Assembly: GCA_947626305.1 (NCBI GenBank)
Contig: CANQRP010000001.1
Coordinates: 1-54,682 of the forward strand
Length of the DNA stretch: 54,682 nt
Direction of reading: 5' to 3'
Source of the DNA: an uncultured Clostridia bacterium
GTDB lineage: Bacteria > Bacillota > Clostridia > Christensenellales > Borkfalkiaceae
How positions within the stretch are numbered: position 1 is the stretch's first letter; every line of letters begins with the position of its first letter. This document shows, one piece after another, positions 36,153 through 44,003 of this stretch. The notes beneath the pieces are model-generated. The model searched no databases. It saw only the letters and a list, made by a program, of their open reading frames with translations, and was not told the DNA's origin. Position numbers and translations under genes: made by a program.

Positions 36153-38411
36153 TTATTCCTCTGATTTTTTGCCGAAGGGGCTGTTGCCGTCGTTCGCTTT
36201 GACTTCGCGGCGGGCAAGACCCTGCTGAATGAGTTTCACGATGTCCTGATAGGGTTCCGTGTAGTCCTGTTCGGGACGGTCGATGCGGGGAAGTCCGCGT
36301 TCTTCCATCACGCGTGCGATGAGGTCGAATGCCAAACGGAGCCGCTTTTCGTTCTTGATGCGGAACAGGCAGGGCGTCTCTTCGCTCGAACGGTTGGAGG
36401 AAGCGTCCTCTACCTTATAGCGTGTGCCGTTGTACTCCGAGGGGTCGAGCGGGAGGAAGAGACAGAGGGTGCTGCCGCGGAATTTCAATTTTGCCACGGT
36501 CCCGCCCGCCTTGAAGGTCTCGTGCTTCCAGCTCAATCTCTCATGCACTTTTTTGTAGGAGAGCAACTCGTTTTTGAGTGCGGAATAATATTTCTGGGTC
36601 TCTTCGTCCGACTGAATGATCTTGGCGCGGAAGCTCCTGTCGTAGCGGAGGGTGCCTCCTTCGACGGACTCTTCTTCGATGACGAGCGGCGCGGCGATCG
36701 CAACTTCTCCCTCCGCTTCGGGACGGCTGCCGAACCCGCCGCTTACGAGAAGACGCTTTGCGAGCCCCTTGTTGACAAGTTCGTAGATGCCCTCGTAGGG
36801 AAGATAGTAGTCCTCGGCGTTGCGCTCATAGCGCTCCGCACCGAGCCGTTCCATCATGACGGTGATGAGTTCCGTTGCCCGCTTCACCCGTCTTTCGTTC
36901 TTGATCCGCATCATGCAGGGGGTTCCTTCGAACGCCTTGCCGCCGGAGACGTCCTCCACCTTGTACTTGCTGTCCGCATAGTCCTTGGGGTCGAGGGCGA
37001 GGAAGAGACAGAGCATCTTTCCGCGGAAGCCGAACTTCGCGATGCCGTCTCTGCCGAGATGATAGCTCTCGCGCTTCCAACTCATGCGGTCCTTCACCTT
37101 GCGGTAGGAGAGAAGTTCGTTTTTGAGCAGAGTATACCAATGCTTCGTATCGTCGCTCGACTGGATGAGCCGCGCCGTAAAGCTGCGGTCATAGCGGAGC
37201 ATGTTCGCCTCTTCTTCGGCAACGGGCGCACTCGCCACAGGTGCCGCCGAGACGGGTTCCACGACCGTGACCGTGTAGGAAGCGCTCATGCCGAGGTATG
37301 TGATGGTGACTTCGTGTTCGCCCGCGACCGTCATGTCGGGAGCGTCCACCTCGAAGTCCTCCGTCTGTTCGCTGAAAGGCGCCGCGTCGTAATCTGCCGT
37401 AACGATGAGCCCGACGCAGTTGAATTCCTCGCCGGTCGCAAATTCGCGGCGCACCACGCTCGTATCGAGCGTAATGCCGACGAGCGCGCGCTCTTCGGCG
37501 ATGAAGATGGGGTAAGTCTGGACCAATTCGCCATAACGGACGACGACGTTCACCATGCCCTTTTGGGAGAGGTCGGGCGTCTCCACGACGAAATCTTCCA
37601 CGCGCTCTTCGTAAGGTTCGGTCTCGAAGCGGGCGATGACTCCGAGCCCTTCGCTCTCGAACTGTTCGCCGATGATGAAGTCGGTCTTCACAAGGTCGAG
37701 GTCGAGCTCGATCGCGATCGGCTGCCGTCCTTCGGCGGGAAGCACCGTGACCGAATACATCTCCACAAAGCCGCCGTAGCGGACATATACCTCTTTTTCG
37801 CCGGGTTCGTCCATGCGGGGCTCCTCGACGTTGTAGGTGTAAATTTCCTCGAAGAAGGGTTCGAGGTTATAATTCATGCGAACGGAGAGCCCGTTGCATT
37901 CGAAGGGCTCGCCCACGCGGAATTCCTTGCGTACCGCGGAAGTATCGAGCAGCATGCCCACGGGATAGCGTTCTTCCTCGGCGACGATCTCCACCGTGTA
38001 GACGGCGCTGAATCCGCCGTATCTGACCGCAACGGAGGGCTTGCCTTCACGGTCGGTCGCGGGAGCGTCCACGGTGTAGCCCGTCACTTGCTCCGTAGCG
38101 GGTTCGCCGTCGTAATTCGCGGTGACGGTAAGTCCGTCGTACTCGAATTCCTCACCCACCTTAAAGCGGCGCTTGACCGCCGTCGTATCGAGCGTAATGC
38201 CGACGAGCGTGCGTTCCTTTTTCTCCGAGACCGCTTGCGCGACGAGGATGCCCTGCTTTCCGCCGGACGACACATGTTTGCGCAGAACGAGCAGGAAGAA
38301 CACGACGAGAGCCACGGCGACGATGAGCAGTTGCACGAGCATCAGGACGAGCACCGTGGTGGAGACGGTCCATTCGAGCTGTTGACCGAAAATAACGACC
38401 AAATACGACAT
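36153..38411 (-). CDS. membrane-anchored protein with four Big_3-like Ig repeats and a duplicated basic C-terminal domain of unknown function
   Basis: The ATG at 38411 gives an N-terminal TM (VLVLMLVQLLIVAVALVVFFLLVL). Four ~80-aa repeats (GITLDT..V...F..GE.F...GL.V.A.Y........V.....D.P....G...V...Y.G....Y.V.V). Two ~150-aa repeats starting LRYDRSF. Confidence 0.75.
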   Translation of the reverse strand: MSYLVVIFGQQLEWTVSTTVLVLMLVQLLIVAVALVVFFLLVLRKHVSSGGKQGILVAQAVSEKKERTLVGITLDTTAVKRRFKVGEEFEYDGLTVTANYDGEPATEQVTGYTVDAPATDREGKPSVAVRYGGFSAVYTVEIVAEEERYPVGMLLDTSAVRKEFRVGEPFECNGLSVRMNYNLEPFFEEIYTYNVEEPRMDEPGEKEVYVRYGGFVEMYSVTVLPAEGRQPIAIELDLDLVKTDFIIGEQFESEGLGVIARFETEPYEERVEDFVVETPDLSQKGMVNVVVRYGELVQTYPIFIAEERALVGITLDTSVVRREFATGEEFNCVGLIVTADYDAAPFSEQTEDFEVDAPDMTVAGEHEVTITYLGMSASYTVTVVEPVSAAPVASAPVAEEEANMLRYDRSFTARLIQSSDDTKHWYTLLKNELLSYRKVKDRMSWKRESYHLGRDGIAKFGFRGKMLCLFLALDPKDYADSKYKVEDVSGGKAFEGTPCMMRIKNERRVKRATELITVMMERLGAERYERNAEDYYLPYEGIYELVNKGLAKRLLVSGGFGSRPEAEGEVAIAAPLVIEEESVEGGTLRYDRSFRAKIIQSDEETQKYYSALKNELLSYKKVHERLSWKHETFKAGGTVAKLKFRGSTLCLFLPLDPSEYNGTRYKVEDASSNRSSEETPCLFRIKNEKRLRLAFDLIARVMEERGLPRIDRPEQDYTEPYQDIVKLIQQGLARREVKANDGNSPFGKKSEE

Positions 38412-38504
38412 AGCGTTACCCCTTTTTCGAAAATTACGCCTGCGAGCGGTTTTGCCGCTTCGCACGCGCGAAAGGCGTGCAATACGCCTTTTTACTCGTA
38501 TACT

Positions 38505-38533
38505 ATTATAAAGCATACTTCGACAAATTGCAA
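38505..38533 (-). promoter_or_regulatory. sigma-A-type promoter TTGCAA-17-TATAAT for the Big_3/RR/Hpt/HK operon
   Basis: Coding-strand read TTGCAAtttgtcgaagtatgcttTATAAT. Leaves a ~87-nt leader with two GC hairpins. Confidence 0.55.
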
Positions 38534-38669
38534 GAGTTTATGAAAGAATTTTTGTTAAAATATTTGGATATATGGGTAAAAATTTGACCCTTTCCCCCAA
38601 AATACGCCTATTTTATGTTTTTTCTCACCCCATGTGCGCATTTCGACCGCAAAAAAACGTCCGCATCCG

Positions 38670-38694
38670 AAAAAAGCCCCGCAAAAAGCGGGGC
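38670..38694 (-). terminator. intrinsic terminator after SBP 38709-40007
   Basis: Minus strand gccccgc-ttttt-gcggggc followed by TTTTTT. Confidence 0.75.
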
Positions 38695-38708
38695 GAACAA
38701 AGACGTTA

Positions 38709-40007
38709 TTATGACCCATCGGCGGATGCGGCGGGGAAATTTGCGATCGCCGAGGCAATATCTTCCCCCCTCCCCACTTTTTGAAGCAGGTTCCACCACG
38801 CCGTGCGCGCTTCCGCCCAACCGGGCGTAATTTGATAGAAGTCGCCGAGATAACGGCTGAATTTGTTGTATTCCGCCATCAGTGCGTCGTTTTCATAGGG
38901 GTCGCGGTCCGTCTTGCGTACGGGAAGATAGGAGGACGTTGTCACCGCACCCACATACTTTTCGCCGTTGATAAAGCGGATGAATTCCTTCGCGGCGGCG
39001 ATGCGTTTTTCGTCCCCGTTATCGAAGATCCCGAACCCCCAAATGCCGCCTTGCAGGGAGGGCTCCCCCTCTGCGGTGGGATATGTCATGGGGAAGATGT
39101 CGAACGAGAGGTCGGGATTGTTCACGGTCTGCTGGATCTCCGCGGAGACGTTCCAGCAAAATGCCATGGCGAGCTTGCCGTTGCAAAACTGCGAGATCTC
39201 GTCGGAACCGACCATCTCGGAGGCGAAGCGGATCCCCTCGGTGTCTCTGAGCAGTTGCAGCGCCTCGATGTTTTCGGGGCTGTCTACGGTGTAGGCGGTA
39301 TGCTCTGCGTTGGTGAACGTTCCGCCGCAGAGATTGTTGACGAGCGCGCGGGTCCCCTGATCTCCCCCCTGTCCACCGCAGTAAACGACGGCAACATCGT
39401 CCTCGATGCCGTTTGCGCGGTAATACTCGCGGATGGCGCCGACCGCTTTGACGAAATTCTCCGTCGTCCAAGTGCGCTCCTCCGGGTCGTCGATGTATTT
39501 CCATGCGTCCGCCGCTTCGAAAATATCGCGGTTGATCGCCATGCAGTGCGTTGTCATGCAGAGCGGATAGATATAATAATCGCCGCTTCCGTTGCGGCAG
39601 GCGCTCGCAACGTTCTCGTAGATCGTTTGCGCGGCGGGCTCCTTCCACAGGTCGTTGAGGTCCGCCATCAGTCCGCGGGCGCCCCAACCCGCCACGAGGC
39701 GCTCCGGTCCTTCGAAGACGAGATCGGGCGCAGAGTCGGATCCGATCGCATTTTCGATCTCTCTATCGCCGTCCGTGTAGTCGACTGCCTTTGCCGAGAT
39801 GTGGATCTCGGGGTGTTCGCGGCGGAATGCCGTGAGGTAGGGCGCCACCGAGCTGACGCTTCCCCAGCCGCCCACGGGATAGGTCCAAAGGGTGAGGGAC
39901 ACTTCGTCTTTCGCGCCCGCGTTCTCCGAAGGATCGCCTTCGGAGGGAGTGCATGCGCAGCAGAAAAGCAGCGCGGCGATCGCGATCGCAGAGAAAAATT
40001 TTTTCAT
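38709..40007 (-). CDS. orphan family-1 solute-binding lipoprotein downstream of a hybrid kinase
   Basis: Start at MKKFFSAIAIAALLFCCAC (lipobox), 5 nt after the kinase stop; the ORF is open to 40109. No adjacent permease or ATPase. Followed by an intrinsic terminator. Confidence 0.85.
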   Translation of the reverse strand: MKKFFSAIAIAALLFCCACTPSEGDPSENAGAKDEVSLTLWTYPVGGWGSVSSVAPYLTAFRREHPEIHISAKAVDYTDGDREIENAIGSDSAPDLVFEGPERLVAGWGARGLMADLNDLWKEPAAQTIYENVASACRNGSGDYYIYPLCMTTHCMAINRDIFEAADAWKYIDDPEERTWTTENFVKAVGAIREYYRANGIEDDVAVVYCGGQGGDQGTRALVNNLCGGTFTNAEHTAYTVDSPENIEALQLLRDTEGIRFASEMVGSDEISQFCNGKLAMAFCWNVSAEIQQTVNNPDLSFDIFPMTYPTAEGEPSLQGGIWGFGIFDNGDEKRIAAAKEFIRFINGEKYVGAVTTSSYLPVRKTDRDPYENDALMAEYNKFSRYLGDFYQITPGWAEARTAWWNLLQKVGRGEDIASAIANFPAASADGS

Positions 40008-40012
40008 ATTCT

Positions 40013-42181
40013 TTACCGTTGTTTGCCGAGAAATTCTTTGAGAAGTTTGCACACCTGCCCCATGTCGATCGGCTTTGCCGTATGCGCATTCATGCCGCAG
40101 GCGAGGCAACGGGCAACGTCGTCGGAGAAGGCGTCCGCACTCATTGCGATGATGGGAACGGTCTTTGCGTCTGCGCGTTCCATTGCGCGGATCGCCTCCG
40201 TCGCCTCGTACCCGGACATCACGGGCATGCGGAGGTCCATAAAGATGACGTCGTAATATCCGATCGAGGAGGCGGCGAACAGGTCCGCACAGATCTTTCC
40301 GTTTTCCGCGGATTCGACGGAGAAGCCCACTTCGGAGAGGAGTTCCTCCGCGATCTCGCGGTTGAGCTCGTTATCTTCGGCAAGGAGCACCCGCTTGCCG
40401 CCGAAATCGGGCAGTTCTTCCGTTTGGGCGCTTTCGTGGAGTTCTTCCGCCGCCCGTTCGAGATCGAGCGCGATGTGGAACTCCGTGCCGATGCCGGGGG
40501 CGCTGGTCATGTCGATGCTCCCCTGCATTGCGTCGACGATATACTTCGTGATCGCCATGCCGAGCCCGGAGCCCTCGATCTGCCTCACCCGTCGGTCGTC
40601 TTCGCGGGCGAACGCCTCGAACACCTTCGACTGGAATTCTTCCGTCATGCCGATGCCCGTGTCCTTCACGCGGAAGTGCACCCGCACGAAGTTTTCGCCC
40701 CGCGGCGACGCCTCTTCGCGGCAGGAGAGCACGATCTCTCCCCCGTCCGGTGTGAATTTTACGGCATTGCCGAGCAGGTTGAGCAAAATTTGGTTGAGCC
40801 GCACGCCGTCGCAGAGCACATATTCGCTCCCGAGCGCATCGAACTCGGTTTTGAGGGAATGCTTCTTCGCCTGCGCCTGCGGCAGCACGATGTTCACCAC
40901 GTTTTCGAGGGTATCTTTGAGGGAGAGCGCCTCGTAGTGCAGCTCGAGCTTGCCGCTCTCGATCTTGGACATATCGAGAATATCGTTGATGAGCCCGAGG
41001 AGGTGGCGGCTCGAGACGGCGATCTTATCGAGACAGTTTTTAACCTGTTCCTTGTTGTCGAGATTGGCGAGCGCGATGGTCGTCATGCCGACGATGCCGT
41101 TCATGGGCGTTCGGATGTCGTGCGACATGTTGGACAAAAAGTCGCTCTTGGCTCTGCTCGCGTGTTCCGCGGTGCGGCGGGTCGCCTCCAATTCGCGCAG
41201 ATGCTTGCGCGTGAGGCGGAAATAGCACACGAACATCACCGACAGGGCGCAGAGGATGATGATACAGCTGATGACCGCCGCGATGCCCCACGCTCTGCCG
41301 AGGTTGTTGACCGTCATATCGAGCGGACCGTACGGCAGCAGGAGGAGCAGGCTCCATTCGGAGAAGGGCAGATCGGTCAAATACAAAAAGCGGCGTTCGC
41401 CGTTGAGCATGAACTGTGCCGAATACTCCTCCCCTTCCGCCATTGCCGTCTGCAATTGGGTGAGGAACACGTCCTTTTTCAGCGTTGCGCCGTCCTTATA
41501 GATGGCGCCGTAGCGCCGACGCACCCGCTCGAAATAATTGGTTTCGTCGATCTCGACGGTGCCGTCGTGCAGGATGATGTTTCCCTCGGAATCGATAATA
41601 AAGTAGTAGATCGAAGCGCTCTCGGTGTCGACGGAGAGGGTGTCGCGGATATAGGAAATGGGGAGCGCGGCGGCGAGGGCGCTGCTCTTTTCGCCGTTTG
41701 CCATATTATATGCCGCGGGCACGCCCATGACGACATAACTGTCGCCGTTGGCGTCGAGCGCCGTCGTCATCGCCTCTTCGCCCGAGAGGATGGACTGCAT
41801 GAACGAGCCGTCTTCCACGGTGAGTTGGTTGCCGTAGAGCATTTCGAATGTGCCGTTTTTTCCGCAGAGCGCGAGATGATCGAACCCGCGTTGGCGGGCA
41901 TGGTAGTTGAGAATGGCGTGCACGGAGGCGTCGTCCGTCTCCCGTTCGGGGGGAACGGCGTCTGTGAGCGCGCTCACCTGCGCAAGGCGGAGTTCGAACG
42001 TGGTGCCGAAGTGCGCGGCGGACTCTTCGCTGAGCCCCGACATATAGAGGGAGCCGAGCTCGCCGATCGCGTCTGCGTCGCGCTTGTTCATGATGCTGAC
42101 CATAACGGAAAAGACCGCCATGCACAACAGAAAGATGCAGACGATACTCACGAGCAAAAAGCGCGCCGTTTTGTTTTTCAT
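40013..42181 (-). CDS. hybrid sensor histidine kinase with one receiver domain
   Basis: TM, ~270-aa extracytoplasmic region, TM. H-box SHDIRTPMNGI, GSGLGMAI. REC DVIFMDLRMPVMSG. Confidence 0.9.
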   Translation of the reverse strand: MKNKTARFLLVSIVCIFLLCMAVFSVMVSIMNKRDADAIGELGSLYMSGLSEESAAHFGTTFELRLAQVSALTDAVPPERETDDASVHAILNYHARQRGFDHLALCGKNGTFEMLYGNQLTVEDGSFMQSILSGEEAMTTALDANGDSYVVMGVPAAYNMANGEKSSALAAALPISYIRDTLSVDTESASIYYFIIDSEGNIILHDGTVEIDETNYFERVRRRYGAIYKDGATLKKDVFLTQLQTAMAEGEEYSAQFMLNGERRFLYLTDLPFSEWSLLLLLPYGPLDMTVNNLGRAWGIAAVISCIIILCALSVMFVCYFRLTRKHLRELEATRRTAEHASRAKSDFLSNMSHDIRTPMNGIVGMTTIALANLDNKEQVKNCLDKIAVSSRHLLGLINDILDMSKIESGKLELHYEALSLKDTLENVVNIVLPQAQAKKHSLKTEFDALGSEYVLCDGVRLNQILLNLLGNAVKFTPDGGEIVLSCREEASPRGENFVRVHFRVKDTGIGMTEEFQSKVFEAFAREDDRRVRQIEGSGLGMAITKYIVDAMQGSIDMTSAPGIGTEFHIALDLERAAEELHESAQTEELPDFGGKRVLLAEDNELNREIAEELLSEVGFSVESAENGKICADLFAASSIGYYDVIFMDLRMPVMSGYEATEAIRAMERADAKTVPIIAMSADAFSDDVARCLACGMNAHTAKPIDMGQVCKLLKEFLGKQR

Positions 42182-42261
42182 GGGAGGACCCCCTCGGCAG
42201 TATAAACGGTATCGGGCAAAAGCAATGCCGTGCGGTGCTGTACGTCACGGCAAGATCGCTT

Positions 42262-42792
42262 TTACGTGGTAACTTTGGTGTAGAACGGGACGATGGACAT
42301 CTTATTGGACCAGAGCGTTTTGCCCGAACCGGCGATTTCGATCGTTACGGTGATGACGCCCGTCTTGTCATCCATCCCGAAGGTGAGCGATTGGAGGCTG
42401 ACCTCCTTATAGGCAACCGTGCCGATCGGTTTGAATTCGACCGCGGCGGAGGTAGTCTCACCGTCCCCGCCCACCGTGGAGCGTTCCGACGCGATGATGA
42501 GCATCCCCTCGTCCATATACATGGAGCTGTTGTCCCCGTAAGAGACGCTGTTATAATGCAATTCATCATTTTTGAGCGAAAACTCTTCGCCGAAGCGGAG
42601 TTCGTTGGTGATGATGTCCATAACGTCGGCGCCGAGCACGGCGGCTTTGGAGACCGCCATCATTTGCTCGCCCGTTCCGAAGAGCGCGGAGGTGCCGACC
42701 GCCGCCATGGAGACAAACACGGCGAGGATCGCCACGGCGACGAGCATTTCGGCGAGGGTGACGCCCTTTCTGTTAAAAATTTTCTTTTTCAT
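42262..42792 (-). CDS. minor pilin (prepilin-type N-terminal cleavage/methylation domain)
   Basis: MKKKIFNRKG|VTLAEMLVAVAILAVFVSMAAV with Glu at +5. AAGGAG RBS. Confidence 0.8.
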   Translation of the reverse strand: MKKKIFNRKGVTLAEMLVAVAILAVFVSMAAVGTSALFGTGEQMMAVSKAAVLGADVMDIITNELRFGEEFSLKNDELHYNSVSYGDNSSMYMDEGMLIIASERSTVGGDGETTSAAVEFKPIGTVAYKEVSLQSLTFGMDDKTGVITVTIEIAGSGKTLWSNKMSIVPFYTKVTT

Positions 42793-42801
42793 GGCGCTCC
42801 T

Positions 42802-43122
42802 TTAATCGCGGTACGAAGAGTATTGATCGTTGCCGAACTCCCGTACACCGACATTAAATTCCTCGGTTTCCTGACCGTGTTCGTCTTTATCAAATACTCT
42901 AATCTCTGTCTCATGTTCCTTCTTGTTCTGCATTGTCTCCATATCGCTGAGGGCGTCGTAATATTTGTCGTCCTCTTCCTTCGCTTTGAGGTTGAGGCTC
43001 ATGGACGCGGCGTACATCGAGGCGATGAGCGCGCAGCCGAACGCCACCACGAGCACGGCGACGAGGAGCTCCGCAAAGCCCTCGCCCTTTCTCGAACGCA
43101 ATTTTTTACTCAATTTCCGCAT
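42802..43122 (-). CDS. small minor pilin-like protein
   Basis: MRKLSKKLRSRKG|EGFAELLVAVLVVAF. Glu falls at +5 if cleaved after RKG. GGAGG RBS. Confidence 0.7.
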   Translation of the reverse strand: MRKLSKKLRSRKGEGFAELLVAVLVVAFGCALIASMYAASMSLNLKAKEEDDKYYDALSDMETMQNKKEHETEIRVFDKDEHGQETEEFNVGVREFGNDQYSSYRD

Positions 43123-43138
43123 ATCGGTTTCCTCCTTT

Positions 43139-43630
43139 TCATCCGTCGGTCTTATCCGCTTCGCCGCGCGAGATCTTGACGTTTGCTTTCTTCCAAGTGA
43201 TTTCGACTTTCTTTGATTGTTTTTCGGTGACGGAACCGGTAGTTCCGTCCCCGGTATAGTTGTATTCCGGCACGCCCTTTTCGGGAGATTCGCTCACGGT
43301 CGCCGCCCAATAGAGGTTGATGGCGTAGGAATCGCCCACGCTGTCCCCTTTATATAAAAAGGAAAAGAGCAGGTCGTAATTGGCTTTCATCACGAGAGTG
43401 CACTCCACAACGCCGAAAAGAGTATTATCCGGTTTGATCGTGAAAGAATGATACAGATCAGCGGGCAGCGTGGGAGTAACGGGGTTGCTCGATTTATCCA
43501 CACTGCTGTACCACTCCTGCGGGACGGACAGATAGGGCACGAGGTCATCGCAATGGTCGCGAATCGCCAGCGCAATACGAGACTTATAAACGCCATCTCT
43601 GACGCTCCCTTTTATCTCGCCCACCGGCAT
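43139..43630 (-). CDS. hypothetical protein, possibly the C-terminal part of the preceding pseudopilin
   Basis: 163-aa ORF with no signal or pilin N-terminus and a weak RBS. Its frame is -1 relative to ORF 43633-43986, across a G5 run. Confidence 0.5.
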   Translation of the reverse strand: MPVGEIKGSVRDGVYKSRIALAIRDHCDDLVPYLSVPQEWYSSVDKSSNPVTPTLPADLYHSFTIKPDNTLFGVVECTLVMKANYDLLFSFLYKGDSVGDSYAINLYWAATVSESPEKGVPEYNYTGDGTTGSVTEKQSKKVEITWKKANVKISRGEADKTDG

Positions 43631-43632
43631 AT

Positions 43633-43986
43633 TTACTTTATACCCCCATCTGTATTATTGCCTGTGAGGATATTCAAAGAATACTCATCGGTATAGGTCC
43701 GCTGAGGGGTTTCGTCTTTGTGGAAGGTCCAACTATGCGTATAGTCGAAGTTGATTGTCGCCGAGGTATATTTGAGTCCATTAAAGACATCGGCAACAAA
43801 GAGAGCGGCGGAAGTGACGGAGTAGTAGGGTTGACGGTCTTCCTCGGCGTGGGAATAGCGCCCGGCGTTGGCGGCAGCCATGGTGAGCGCGGACACGCCC
43901 GCGAGGGCGCAGAGCAAGAACAGGAGCATGGCAATGGTAATGGACGCCCCTCTTCTGCAATGAAATTTTCTCACAATTTTCTTCAT
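43633..43986 (-). CDS. PilX/GspK-like pseudopilin lacking Glu5
   Basis: MKKIVRKFHCRRG|ASITIAMLLFLLCALAGVSAL. GGAGGGAAG RBS. Confidence 0.65.
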   Translation of the reverse strand: MKKIVRKFHCRRGASITIAMLLFLLCALAGVSALTMAAANAGRYSHAEEDRQPYYSVTSAALFVADVFNGLKYTSATINFDYTHSWTFHKDETPQRTYTDEYSLNILTGNNTDGGIK

Positions 43987-44003
43987 GATTTAGTTCTTCC
44001 CTC

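Noticed and set aside
39953-42205. 750-aa plus-strand ORF. The same class includes 17710-20418(-), 20072-21673(-), 36522-38543(+), 29046-30737(+), 34434-35891(+), 7318-8733(+), 8927-10300(+), 4749-6014(+), 1243-2499(+), 11185-12591(+), 21426-22529(+), 22903-24015(+), 46968-48143(+) and 52083-53477(+).
   Set aside because: All are mirror-strand ORFs opposite genes with clear family signatures. They show Arg/Gly/His/Asp-rich composition without recognisable motifs, starts or RBSs, so they are GC-skewed stop-codon-poor frames rather than genes.
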